Assembly: GCA_963712745.1 (NCBI GenBank)
Contig: CAVQJC010000006.1
Coordinates: 160,001 to 224,000, forward strand
Source: an uncultured Chloroflexia bacterium
GTDB lineage: Bacteria; Chloroflexota; Limnocylindria; Limnocylindrales; CSP1-4
Direction of reading: 5' to 3'
DNA length: 64,000 bases
Shown: positions 21,512 through 30,701 of the stretch, piece after piece
How positions within the stretch are numbered: the stretch's first letter is position 1
Layout: each line of letters begins with the position of its first letter
Program-made: the position numbers and the translations under genes
Notes under the pieces: model-generated
Databases searched by the model: none
What the model was told of the DNA's origin: nothing
The model's input: the letters and a program-made list of their open reading frames with translations, nothing else

Positions 21512-21933
21512 CCAGGCACCGGGACCGTGACCACCCGACCACCGAAGCCGTTGGCCTGGTCCCGACCCTCCACGGTGACCTCGTCGATGCCGGCGGGGAC
21601 GTGGAGCCCGCGCTGGGTCCGCGTGAACGGCTGCTCGGAGGCATGGTCGTGCATCAACGTGTGCGTCCCGAGCACGTTGCCCTCCGGGTCGAGGACCCGC
21701 CAGCCATCGGCATACCGCTCCGGCGTGTCGTAGGGCGATGACATCGTCACGGCCACGTCGTAGGTGCGCTCGCCGGCCGGCCGCAGCTCGACCGCCAGCA
21801 CGTCGGGGAATCGGTCGGAAGCGGGTGAAGCGGGTTCCGGAGCCATATCCACCATGACCTCCTCCAGCGCGGCGCAAGCGCCCAGCGCGAGCACGAGGAG
21901 CGCTCCCAGCGACAGACGCAGCAGGACACGCAT
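21508..21933 (-). CDS. Conserved hypothetical lipoprotein with YADGW…LMHDH..EQPFTR motif
   Basis: Lipobox LALGAC; compact beta-rich domain. Confidence 0.75.
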   Translation of the reverse strand: MRVLLRLSLGALLVLALGACAALEEVMVDMAPEPASPASDRFPDVLAVELRPAGERTYDVAVTMSSPYDTPERYADGWRVLDPEGNVLGTHTLMHDHASEQPFTRTQRGLHVPAGIDEVTVEGRDQANGFGGRVVTVPVPG

Positions 21934-21996
21934 GAGGCGCACATCGTACGGTGTGGGCACAAGTCAACGACACCCCCAATATCGGAGGCTCGAACG

Positions 21997-22311
21997 ATGA
22001 GCAGCGAGATCCCTTCCGGCGTCAGGGTCGAGACCGTCTATCTGGTCGAGGCGCAGTACACGCCCGACGCGGCCGAGAAGCGACCGGCTGTCCGCATCGA
22101 GCACCTTACGCGCGTAGCCGAGCTGCGCCGAGCCGGCACCATCATCGAGGCCGGCGCCTATGCCGACGCCCTGACATCCTCGGTCCTGCTGGTCCAGGCC
22201 GAGGACGAGGCCGCGGCTCGGGCCATCGCCGAGGCCGACGTCTACGTCAAGGCCGGCGTCTGGAGTGGCATCACCGCCCGCCCCTTCGGGCGTGTCGTCA
22301 CGGACTCCTAG
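21997..22311 (+). CDS. YciI family protein
   Basis: RPAVRIEHL…GTIIEAGAY…DVYVKAGVW; GGAGG RBS. Confidence 0.85.
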   Translation: MSSEIPSGVRVETVYLVEAQYTPDAAEKRPAVRIEHLTRVAELRRAGTIIEAGAYADALTSSVLLVQAEDEAAARAIAEADVYVKAGVWSGITARPFGRVVTDS

Positions 22312-22332
22312 TCGCCACCCGTTGGCGTCCGC

Positions 22333-23403
22333 TCAGGCGGCGGCATCCAGAGCGGGTCGCACCGGCGGGTAGTGCTCGAGGCGGAATCGCTGCCGGGCCC
22401 GGCTCGGCAGTGCGCCGGTCCGGTACTCGACCGGCTTGCCGTGCACGTTGGGCTCGGGCGGCCGGTCCTCGGCCATGTCCGCGGCCAGCTCGCGAAAGTA
22501 GCTGTCGCCAGTCATGCGGCTGAGCAGGCGCAGCTGCCAGATGTGGATCTGGTGGTACTTGTAGTGGTTCGTGCGGCTGCGCAGGCCATAGATGCTCACG
22601 CGGCCCTCACGCCGGTACTCGTCGGCGCGGTCCCGCATCGTGGTCAGCGCCCCCTCAAGAAGCTGGCGTGCCTCGACCGAACGTGTGTGCTGCCAGTACT
22701 CGTAGAGACCGTTGAGCGAGTGCAGGTGGGCGTTGAGCACATGGTCGGGCCGCGCATTGGGGTAGTGCTCCAGCCAGAGGTAGCCGCCGTCGGCGACGTA
22801 GGCGATCCAGGGTCGCCCCTCTCCACCCTGTCGCCGGCCCAGTCGCTGGTAGCTGCGGAAGATGGACTCGGCCGCCTCGAGATGCGCAGGGTCGCCGGTC
22901 ACACGATGGAGGCGCACGAAGAACGACAGCGCCAGCCCCTGGGACATGGCGTTGAACCATGGCGCCGTAAGGCCCTCCGGCGGATAGTCGAACCAGAACG
23001 GCAGCCACCACGCGCCGTCCTCTTCGATGCGCATGTCACGAAGGGCTTGCGCCTGCACGAGCGCCTGCGCCAGTTGGGCCCGGTCGCCGGTGTCGCGGTA
23101 GGCGTCGATCCGCTTCATGCCGTTGATGGCCAGCGAGCCGGGGCGGTAGTAGAGCCCGCCGTCGATCCAGCGAAAGAGCGCGATGTTGCGGTCGTCGACG
23201 GGAGGTGGCACCTCGAGCGACGGCGGCTTCTCGCTGGTCCAGGGCAGGCGGTCGTAGGGCAGATCCTGGAGGTCGAAGTGGCGAGCGTGATACGGCGGCG
23301 GCTCATCGGTCTCATTCGCGACCGCCGGGGGCGGCCAGAACGACCCGGCGGCTGCCGTCACGAGAGCGAGGGCCAGCGCGGGGAGGCGAGCGCGTCGTTC
23401 CAT
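22333..23403 (-). CDS. Secreted D-glucuronyl C5-epimerase family protein
   Basis: PWFNAMSQGLALSFFVR, WLEHYP, HVLNAHLHSLNGLYEY, YHQIHIWQL; signal peptide. Confidence 0.82.
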   Translation of the reverse strand: MERRARLPALALALVTAAAGSFWPPPAVANETDEPPPYHARHFDLQDLPYDRLPWTSEKPPSLEVPPPVDDRNIALFRWIDGGLYYRPGSLAINGMKRIDAYRDTGDRAQLAQALVQAQALRDMRIEEDGAWWLPFWFDYPPEGLTAPWFNAMSQGLALSFFVRLHRVTGDPAHLEAAESIFRSYQRLGRRQGGEGRPWIAYVADGGYLWLEHYPNARPDHVLNAHLHSLNGLYEYWQHTRSVEARQLLEGALTTMRDRADEYRREGRVSIYGLRSRTNHYKYHQIHIWQLRLLSRMTGDSYFRELAADMAEDRPPEPNVHGKPVEYRTGALPSRARQRFRLEHYPPVRPALDAAA

Positions 23404-23740
23404 CCACTTCTCCGGTCGCGCGGCACTGCACCGCATCGGGCGTGAGCCTACCCCGGGCTGGCAGTTCGCGCGACGGCGGGCTGGTAGGGGGTCACTGCCG
23501 ATGGCGCCTGGTCGAAGGTCGGAGGATCGTTCGGCGTGGACGTCCACACGCTGCGCCAGGCGGACAAGGGAACGCGCCGGGGGCCAGGAGGAGGAAGAGG
23601 GCCCTCGACGCGTTCCAGATGGGGGAGAAAGAGTGTGGTCGGAGCGCCCACAAGGGGCGCCGGAACGTGCCCGACCACCTCGTCCTCTTACCTACAGAGA
23701 GGCTCCGGGCAGCGGAATCGTTCCATCCTCGCGCGTCCGG

Positions 23741-24493
23741 TCAGTCGGCAGAGGCCGGGTCGCGCGGGTTCCGGGCCATCAGCTCGGTGGCAAGAGCGAC
23801 CTCGACAAGGCCTACGAAACCACCGACCACGGCCGACACCAGCCAGGTAGCGCCGAGCTCGATCCAGAAGGCGTGATGATGCGTCGCCTGGTGGACGACT
23901 TCATGCACGGCGAGCTCGACCACGATCAGCGCCACCACCAGCAGGAGGATCATCGGCCAGGCGGTGCGGCTGAGCAGCATCGTCCTTCGGAAGCCATCAC
24001 CGATGCCGTGGCGCTCCTGGACGATGACCGGCCCCACGAGGGAGAACAGGGTCATCCACATGAGACCGGGGATGACGAAGAGGGCCAGGCCGACGGCGGC
24101 GCCGATGATGAGGATGAAGTCCGCCACCACGAGCCGGACCCAGGGCAACGTCTTCAGCACCGAACGGAAGTGGACTCGTTGTCCCCCGAAGTACTCGTGG
24201 CCGACCGCCTCGTCGAGATAGCCGGCGTAGACGACCGGGCCCATGAGCCGGATGAGCGTGACCATGAGCAAGCCGAGAAGATAGCCGAGGCCGCGAACCA
24301 GGCCCGGGTCGGACTCGAGTGAATCGCGCAGCCCACCCAGCATGGCTGCCAGCAAGGGTGGCGGCACGAACACGATCAGAGCCACCAAGGCCACGCGCCG
24401 GTAGTGGTGGCGGAGCATGCCCCAGGCCTCATGCAGGACACGTCCGTAGCCGAGCGGCCCCTCTCCAGCAACGTATCGACGTGTCTCGGTCAC
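23741..24493 (-). CDS. Hypothetical integral membrane protein
   Basis: About six hydrophobic segments; LFVIPGL…P.IVQE…..DGFRR pattern. Confidence 0.75.
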   Translation of the reverse strand: MTETRRYVAGEGPLGYGRVLHEAWGMLRHHYRRVALVALIVFVPPPLLAAMLGGLRDSLESDPGLVRGLGYLLGLLMVTLIRLMGPVVYAGYLDEAVGHEYFGGQRVHFRSVLKTLPWVRLVVADFILIIGAAVGLALFVIPGLMWMTLFSLVGPVIVQERHGIGDGFRRTMLLSRTAWPMILLLVVALIVVELAVHEVVHQATHHHAFWIELGATWLVSAVVGGFVGLVEVALATELMARNPRDPASAD

Positions 24494-24556
24494 AGCAGAA
24501 AGGCTACAGGGGCCAGCCGGGGTCAGGTGCGGCGGCGTGTCAGGCGCGGCGGCGTG

Positions 24557-25291
24557 TCAGGCGCGGCGTCGCAACGTGAGGTAGCTCAGGGCCAGGGCAA
24601 CGACGCACCAGGTGGACAGCAGGAGGAACGGGCCCGCGGTGAGGGCGAAGGTGTCAGCGGCGAGAGATCCGCGGATGACCTCGCCCATGGCCTGCACAGG
24701 CAGTATCGCGTGGACGTCCTGCATCCATCCGGGCAGTCGCTCGGCCGGGAAGTTGATGGGTGAGAACACGAGCACGCCGATGACCAGCACCTGTGTCAGC
24801 AGCATGGCCACCATCGGCGGCAGCAGCGTGGCCATGGCGTAGCCGATCGCAGCCGCGGTGGTGGCCACCAGAAGCACCGCGGGAACGATGGCCAGGCTGA
24901 TCGAAAGCGCCAGGTCCAGCGCCCAGGCTCCGACCGCCACCGCGAAGACGACGCCCGGCAGGACGATGGCCAGCCATACCGTCAGGTCAGCCATGAGATA
25001 GACCATCCGCGGTACCGGCAGGCTGCGCATGTACTCCAGTGTGCCTTCGAGCTTGGCCTGGGCCACCACCTGCGGCAGCGCCACCAGGCCCATGGTGATG
25101 AGCGTGATGGCCGGCGCGCCCGTGGCCAGGAAGAGCACGGTCATCTCGTCGATCTCGGGAAAGAGCAACGGATAGCCAACCACGATGGCGAAGGCGAAGA
25201 GGATCTGGACCACGATGGCCAGCGGCAGGAAGGACTTGAGTCGAAGGGCTTGCCATCGGATCAGCAGTGAGTAGCTACGAAACGTGTGCAT
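24557..25291 (-). CDS. ABC-2 type exporter permease
   Basis: Six TM; GTLEYMRSLP, FSPINFPAERLPGW. Confidence 0.9.
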   Translation of the reverse strand: MHTFRSYSLLIRWQALRLKSFLPLAIVVQILFAFAIVVGYPLLFPEIDEMTVLFLATGAPAITLITMGLVALPQVVAQAKLEGTLEYMRSLPVPRMVYLMADLTVWLAIVLPGVVFAVAVGAWALDLALSISLAIVPAVLLVATTAAAIGYAMATLLPPMVAMLLTQVLVIGVLVFSPINFPAERLPGWMQDVHAILPVQAMGEVIRGSLAADTFALTAGPFLLLSTWCVVALALSYLTLRRRA

Positions 25292-26273
25292 GGCTGAACT
25301 CCGTGGTCGACGCCAACGTCACTCCATCAGCGGCGTCGGTGAGCTTGGGGGAGACCAGGTCGACGTAGACATCCTCGAGCGAGGCCGGTGTCAGCGAGAA
25401 CTCGCCTACGATCTTGCCGGCGCGGAGCGCCTGAGCCCAGTCGATGGCAGCGGCGGCGTGCTCGGCGTCCACGATGGCGCGAGCCCGCGTGCCATCGGCT
25501 GCGTACCGAAGCACGAAGGAGGCGGCCGGCGGCGCGGGCCGGCCGGGCTCGAGAGACAGATCCAGATGAAGCTCGTGGTCCAGGCCCGACTTGAGCCGTG
25601 TCGGTGTGCCTTCGGCCACGACGCGACCTTCGTCGAGGATGGCGAGGCGGTCCACGGCGCGCTCGGCGTCGGCCACGTTGTGCGTGACCAGCAGCACCGC
25701 GGACCCTTCGTCTGCGAGCGCGCGAACCGCATCCCACAGGAGTCGCCGCCGCACCGGGTCGACGTCGTTGGTCGGTTCGTCGAGTACGACGACTCGGCCG
25801 GGTACGACCGCGGCCATCGCGAACGAGACCAGTCGCTTGACGCCGCCTGACAGTCGCTCACCGTCGATGTCAAGCCACTCACCGATGTCGAGCGCCTCTA
25901 CCAGCTTCTGGCGGCGGGCCTCGACGCCGGCCTTGGCGCCACCGCGCAGCCGACCGAGCAGGTCGATAGCCTGACGCGGTGTCAGGCCGTTGATGGGCAG
26001 CTGGGCCTGTGGCTGCAGCGAGCATACCTGGCGGGCATGGGCCGGGTCGGCTACAAGATCGATGCCGTCCACGTGGATCGTGCCCCCATCGGGCTTGAGC
26101 AGTCCGACGACCTGGTTGACGAGCGTCGTCTTGCCCGCTCCGTTGTGACCGAGCAAGCCATAGACCTGGCCTCCGTCAGCCCGAAGCGAGATGCCGTCAT
26201 TGGCGCGCACGCCATCCCCGCTTCGAAGGCGTTTCCGGTAGGTCTTCCTGACATCCTGGATCTCAAGCAACAT
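25275..26273 (-). CDS. ABC exporter ATP-binding protein
   Basis: GHNGAGKTT, LSGGVKR, VVLDEPTNDVD, LVTH, ASLEDVY. Confidence 0.93.
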   Translation of the reverse strand: MLLEIQDVRKTYRKRLRSGDGVRANDGISLRADGGQVYGLLGHNGAGKTTLVNQVVGLLKPDGGTIHVDGIDLVADPAHARQVCSLQPQAQLPINGLTPRQAIDLLGRLRGGAKAGVEARRQKLVEALDIGEWLDIDGERLSGGVKRLVSFAMAAVVPGRVVVLDEPTNDVDPVRRRLLWDAVRALADEGSAVLLVTHNVADAERAVDRLAILDEGRVVAEGTPTRLKSGLDHELHLDLSLEPGRPAPPAASFVLRYAADGTRARAIVDAEHAAAAIDWAQALRAGKIVGEFSLTPASLEDVYVDLVSPKLTDAADGVTLASTTEFSHAHVS

Positions 26274-26314
26274 GGTTCCTGTTCCTCGCGAATGCGTGGA
26301 TGCGTCGGCATCCA

Positions 26315-26384
26315 GATACCAGTCAGTATCCACATACTTCTCAGCATGTCAATACCGAGTAGTATCTACATACCAGATGGTATC
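26315..26384. promoter_or_regulatory. Array of four palindromic operators (ATAC-N6-GTAT) at 18 bp period, overlapping divergent promoters
   Basis: GATACcagtcaGTATC 26315, CATACttctcaGCATG 26333, AATACcgagtaGTATC 26351, CATACcagatgGTATC 26369; minus-strand TTGACA-N16-GATACT; plus-strand TATCCT 7 nt before the TetR ATG. Confidence 0.85.
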
Positions 26385-26393
26385 CTGACCCGC

Positions 26394-27215
26394 ATGCCAC
26401 GCGACTCGACACCCGACAGGGCCATCCGCGACGCCACCGATGAGATCCGGCGGGAGACGCGAGCGGCCGCCAGCGAGATCAGGATCGAGCTGAGCGCCGC
26501 CAAGCGAGAGACTGGCGAGGCCTTGCGCGAGGCCATGGCCGAGGTTCGAGCGGCCCTGAGCGGGATCTGGGAGCCGGAGGAGCCTGAGGCAGTCGGCGGT
26601 GGGAGCGGGCGGATGTCCCGCGCCGAGCGCAAGGAGATGACGCGCGAGCTCCTGCTCGACTCGGCTATCGATGTCTTCGCCGAGAAGGGTTACCACGGTG
26701 CATCGCTCGATGACGTGGCTGAGGCCGCGGGCTTCACCAAGGGCGCCGTCTACTCCAACTTCACGCGCAAGTCGGACCTGTTCCGGGCACTGCTCGAGCG
26801 CGAGGCCGGCCGGGCCGCAGCGGTGCGGCGGCGGGCTATCGAGACAGCGCCGCTCGAGTTGCTGCCGGACGTGGCCATGGAGCTGGCCCGGCAGCCGGGG
26901 TCCGATCCGGAGCTGGAGGTCCTGCTGGTCGAGTTCTGGCTGGCCGCAGCGCGCGACCCCAGCCTGAGGGCCCCGTTGCTGGGTACGAGCGAGGCCATGG
27001 GCAAGGCACTCGGCGAGAAGTTGGCGGCCTCCAGCGGTGCTGCGGACCTCAGCGGCCGTGAGCTGGGAATCATCTTCGACGCGCTCATGAACGGACTGAC
27101 GATGCACCGGGTGCTGGCGCCGGACGGCGACCAGCCGGTCCTCCTGGCCAAGGCCATGCACAAGCTGCTGGCGGCCGAGCCTGAGCCCGATGGTGGGCCG
27201 GAGGCGGGACCCTAG
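26394..27215 (+). CDS. TetR/AcrR family regulator with N-terminal helical extension
   Basis: LLDSAIDVFAEKGYHGASLDDVAEAAGFTKGAVYSNFTRKSDL HTH; about 70 aa extra N-terminus. Confidence 0.92.
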   Translation: MPRDSTPDRAIRDATDEIRRETRAAASEIRIELSAAKRETGEALREAMAEVRAALSGIWEPEEPEAVGGGSGRMSRAERKEMTRELLLDSAIDVFAEKGYHGASLDDVAEAAGFTKGAVYSNFTRKSDLFRALLEREAGRAAAVRRRAIETAPLELLPDVAMELARQPGSDPELEVLLVEFWLAAARDPSLRAPLLGTSEAMGKALGEKLAASSGAADLSGRELGIIFDALMNGLTMHRVLAPDGDQPVLLAKAMHKLLAAEPEPDGGPEAGP

Positions 27216-27841
27216 CCGGTCGAGCCTCGGGCGGCTCGGGTCATGGTCAGCACCTCCCACTCGTCGGTCATAGGGACGGTGTCAGCGACGACGAATCCAA
27301 GGCGCCCGTAGAACCGTTCGTGTGAGGGCCTGCCGGGGTCCGCCCAGCGGATGGTCTCGAGGTAGGCCTCGATGCCGTCCTGGTCACAGCCCTGGTCGAA
27401 GGCTTCCATCAAGGCACGGCCCACGCCCTGGGCCTGGAAGGGGGGCGACACGCCGATGGTGGGCAGGTGTCGATGTGGTCTCCTTGGGTGGACGCGCTCG
27501 ATGCGACCGAACATGCGCATCGTCCGGATGATGCGCGGCCCGGCGATGCGGATGAACCGGACGATGCGTCCGGCGCTCATGGTCGAACAGACCGGTGTGT
27601 CCATGTAGGTGAGCGCACCCACCAGTCGGCCGTCGACCTCGGCCGCCAGGGCCATGGCCCCGGAGTCGGGCTCGAACTCCATGGCGAACAGGCGCTTCAG
27701 GCGGTCCCGCGCATCGGCGTCGGTGCCGGCCATGACCTGCAGGGCGGGGAAGTCGAGGAAAGCATCGGCGAAGATATCGACGGCTGTGACCGTCTCGGCC
27801 GGACGCAGTTCGCGGACGGTGACGTCGCCGGGGAGCAGCAT
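27212..27841 (-). CDS. GNAT family N-acetyltransferase
   Basis: HLPTIGVSPPFQAQGVGRALM, AYLET, FYGRLGF. Confidence 0.9.
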   Translation of the reverse strand: MLLPGDVTVRELRPAETVTAVDIFADAFLDFPALQVMAGTDADARDRLKRLFAMEFEPDSGAMALAAEVDGRLVGALTYMDTPVCSTMSAGRIVRFIRIAGPRIIRTMRMFGRIERVHPRRPHRHLPTIGVSPPFQAQGVGRALMEAFDQGCDQDGIEAYLETIRWADPGRPSHERFYGRLGFVVADTVPMTDEWEVLTMTRAARGSTG

Positions 27842-27899
27842 CGCGCGGAGGGTAGCATCGGCCACCGCCGGCCGAGCCGCGACCGCGCATACCGTGCCC

Positions 27900-28031
27900 A
27901 TGAACGCTGGCCGACTGCTCCACATGCCCACCCTTCGCCGGGCCGTCGAGGAGTACCAGCCGCAGGTGGCCGATGTCATCGTCTCGCTGCAGGACGGTCG
28001 CGACATCGGCGAGGAACTGCAGCAGCACTAG
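27900..28031 (+). CDS. Small hypothetical protein (43 aa)
   Basis: MNAGRLLHMPTLRRAVEEYQPQVADVIVSLQDGRDIGEELQQH; strong GC3 bias; fills an intergenic gap. Confidence 0.5.
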   Translation: MNAGRLLHMPTLRRAVEEYQPQVADVIVSLQDGRDIGEELQQH

Positions 28032-28150
28032 ACCCTCGGCGCAGGGATCGCCACCATCGGCGAGTCTGTCACCGGCGTCGGCGAAGCCATGGATGCGCCC
28101 GAGTCACGCCTTCGCGGGCGCTCCCCCGACGAGCGCACGTAGTCCGGGAT

Positions 28151-28807
28151 CTACTCCTCGGAGAGTTCGGGGTACGAGGGTGTCTGCAGGATGCCCAGGC
28201 GGTCGAGGGGGAAGAAACGCAGCCAGGCACGGCCGACCACGTAGTCGGTGTCGACGAAGCCCACCGTCTCGTTGCGGGAGTCGGTCGAGCCCTGGCGATG
28301 ATCGCCTAGCACGAACAGCTGCCCTTCGGGTACGTCCCACTCGGACGCGCTGCGCTTGGCGAACGTGGCCTCGTTCTCGCCGGTGACGGGGTCGTCGTAG
28401 GTGTAGCCGGACTCATCGATGCGCACGCCATCGATCCAGACGGCACCGTCCTTGATATCGACATGCTCGCCACCGACGGCGATGACCCGCTTGATGTACG
28501 GCGTCTCGCCGGTCCGACCCTTGGGGTGGAAGACGATGATGTCGCCGCGGGAGTAGTCGTCCACACGGGGCGTGATCTTGTCGATGAGCAGGTGCTCGCC
28601 GGGCTGCAGGGTGTCGATCATCGACCGCTGCTCCACCCGGAATGTCTGCACGATGAAGGTCGTGATGATGAGGTAGAGGACGACCGCGAGGCCGACGGTC
28701 GTGGCGATCTCGATGACCGCGTCCACCAGCTTGGAACGCTTGCGTGGTTGGTCCTTGGCCTCGGGCATCTCGGGGGCGGCGGGATAAGGTGCGGGCTCGC
28801 CCGTCAC
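28151..28807 (-). CDS. lepB: Signal peptidase I
   Basis: TM, QRSMIDTL (Ser), RGDIIVF, YIKRVIA (Lys), LGDHRQGSTDSR. Confidence 0.95.
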   Translation of the reverse strand: MTGEPAPYPAAPEMPEAKDQPRKRSKLVDAVIEIATTVGLAVVLYLIITTFIVQTFRVEQRSMIDTLQPGEHLLIDKITPRVDDYSRGDIIVFHPKGRTGETPYIKRVIAVGGEHVDIKDGAVWIDGVRIDESGYTYDDPVTGENEATFAKRSASEWDVPEGQLFVLGDHRQGSTDSRNETVGFVDTDYVVGRAWLRFFPLDRLGILQTPSYPELSEE

Positions 28808-28880
28808 GTGAACTCCTCTGGGTGGGCAGTCGCCGTCGCGCGGCGTAGAAACTCAAGATTAGCCGTTCTGCCCGTTCCGC

Positions 28881-30098
28881 TCAGGGAAGCGGGCTGGGGG
28901 TGGCCTCCATGACGACCTCGGGAGAGGTCAGCGAGCCGGGCTCGGCGCTCAGGTCGGGTGATGCTGCGACCAGTGCGGGAGCACGGTCGACGAGTTCCCA
29001 GACGTCATCCTTGGCGGTCTTGCCCTGGCCGCCGAAGAGCAGCAGCCGCCCGCGCTCGGCGTCGGTGATGAGCGTGCCCGCGTAGCGAGCCGCCGGACCG
29101 TTGCCCTCGACCCGGAGCCGCCTGAACTCGAGCGTCTCGCGGTCGACTCGCCAGAGGTCATCGAACGCGCTGTTATCCTCCCCCGCCCCACCGAAGACAT
29201 AGGCGTACGGGCCGGCCTCGGTGACCGCGTACAGCCGTCGAGCCTTGAGCTGCGGGTCGGGCTGCCGGTCCCAGCTGCGGTCGCGGCCCATGACCCACAG
29301 GTCACCCAGCGCGAAGGCGCCATCGTCCTGGCCGCCGTACAGCACCAGCTCGCCAGAAGCCGAGGTGAAGCAATCGTGCAGGCAACGCTCGCCCGGCTTG
29401 CGACCGTCGGGCGTGATCGAGGCCCAGCGCTTGCGATCGAGGTCGTAGGCGCGGGTGTCGTCGAAGCGCCCGGCCGTGGTGAAGCCATGGCTGATCCAGA
29501 GCCGGCCATCAGGACCCGCGACCATGCACGAGCCGTAGCGCGGCTTGGGTACGGAGCCCTTGGCCGGCAGCTTGCGCCACGTACGCGCCTCCGGCCGATA
29601 GACCCACAGGTCGTCGAAGAAGTCCGTGCCCTTCTGACCGGCGAAGACGACCAGGCCGTAGCCGTCGACCCAGACCGCACTGTGCCCGAAGCGCGGCTGT
29701 GGTCGCTTGCCCTTCGGAGACAGCTTCTTCCAGGCGTCACGCTCGAGGTCGTAGCGCCACAGGTCGCCGTAGTCACGTTCGCCGTCGCGGCCGCCGAAGA
29801 GGTAGGCGAAGCGACCGTCACCGTCCACGGTCCAGGTGTGGTCCTCGCGGGAGGCCGGTCCGCGCGCGGACGTGATCTTGCGCCAGTCGGGATCGCTGAA
29901 GGCGAGCCCGGGCTGGGGGACCGAGGGCACCGTGAGCGCCTCGACCGAGGGTTCGGGCAGGGCCGAGGGATCGGCTGCTGCCGGGGGCTGGGGCGACATC
30001 GATGGGTCGGGCTCGGGCTCCGCCTGGGCGAGCACAGAGCCCCCCAGCGCGGAGACCGTGAGGACCAGCGCGAGGCTGGTGGCGATCATCCTACGCAT
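28881..30098 (-). CDS. Secreted kelch-repeat beta-propeller protein
   Basis: Signal peptide; six P..R..H…(L/Y)FGG…DLW repeats. Confidence 0.88.
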   Translation of the reverse strand: MRRMIATSLALVLTVSALGGSVLAQAEPEPDPSMSPQPPAAADPSALPEPSVEALTVPSVPQPGLAFSDPDWRKITSARGPASREDHTWTVDGDGRFAYLFGGRDGERDYGDLWRYDLERDAWKKLSPKGKRPQPRFGHSAVWVDGYGLVVFAGQKGTDFFDDLWVYRPEARTWRKLPAKGSVPKPRYGSCMVAGPDGRLWISHGFTTAGRFDDTRAYDLDRKRWASITPDGRKPGERCLHDCFTSASGELVLYGGQDDGAFALGDLWVMGRDRSWDRQPDPQLKARRLYAVTEAGPYAYVFGGAGEDNSAFDDLWRVDRETLEFRRLRVEGNGPAARYAGTLITDAERGRLLLFGGQGKTAKDDVWELVDRAPALVAASPDLSAEPGSLTSPEVVMEATPSPLP

Positions 30099-30218
30099 GT
30101 TCCGATGCTGGCGAACACACGTGACGGCGCGATGACGCGTTCTATCGCGGCCTGCCACCGGTGTAGGCTGCGGCCAACACCCGAGACGCGGGCATCGCCC
30201 GCCCAAAGGAGGGAAGGC

Positions 30219-30596
30219 ATGATCAAGGAGCTCCGCGAGTTCATGTTCCGCGGCAACGTCGTGGATCTGGCCGTCGCGGTGGTCATCGGAGCCGCATTCG
30301 GCGTCATCGTCACCTCTCTGGTCGAGGACATCCTCACGCCCCTGCTGGGCATCGTCGGCATCCCCGACTTCTCGACCTGGGTCATCGAAGTCGGTGATGC
30401 AGAGATGCGCATCGGCCAGTTCCTCAACGCGCTCATCTCGTTCGCGCTCATCGTCGGCGCCATCTTCTTCCTGGTGGTCAAGCCCATGCAGCGAGTGCAG
30501 GCCGCGTTGGCGACCGAGCAGGCCGAGGAGGAGAAGGGGCCCACTGAGGTCGACCTCTTGACCGAGATCCGAGACGAGCTACGCAAGAGCGCATAG
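30219..30596 (+). CDS. mscL: Large-conductance mechanosensitive channel
   Basis: EFMFRGNVVDLAVAVVIGAAF…LLTEIRDEL. Confidence 0.96.
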   Translation: MIKELREFMFRGNVVDLAVAVVIGAAFGVIVTSLVEDILTPLLGIVGIPDFSTWVIEVGDAEMRIGQFLNALISFALIVGAIFFLVVKPMQRVQAALATEQAEEEKGPTEVDLLTEIRDELRKSA

Positions 30597-30621
30597 GCGG
30601 AGTGCCCGCCGGTGGGCACGA

Positions 30622-30660
30622 ACGAAGAAGCGGGCGCCCCCGACGGGCGCCCGCGTTCTG
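30622..30660 (-). terminator. Intrinsic terminator between convergent mscL and rplY
   Basis: 10 bp stem gcgggcgccc/gggcgcccgc (30630-30654) followed by TTCTTCGTT on the minus strand. Confidence 0.75.
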
Positions 30661-30701
30661 ATTCTCTGTTGGGCCGGGGGGTTGTGCCGGCCGGTGGTCG
30701 G

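Noticed and set aside
23448-23678. 76 aa ORF with a possible RBS upstream of the C5-epimerase-like gene
   Set aside because: Pro-rich, weak codon bias, no recognisable motif; cannot be supported
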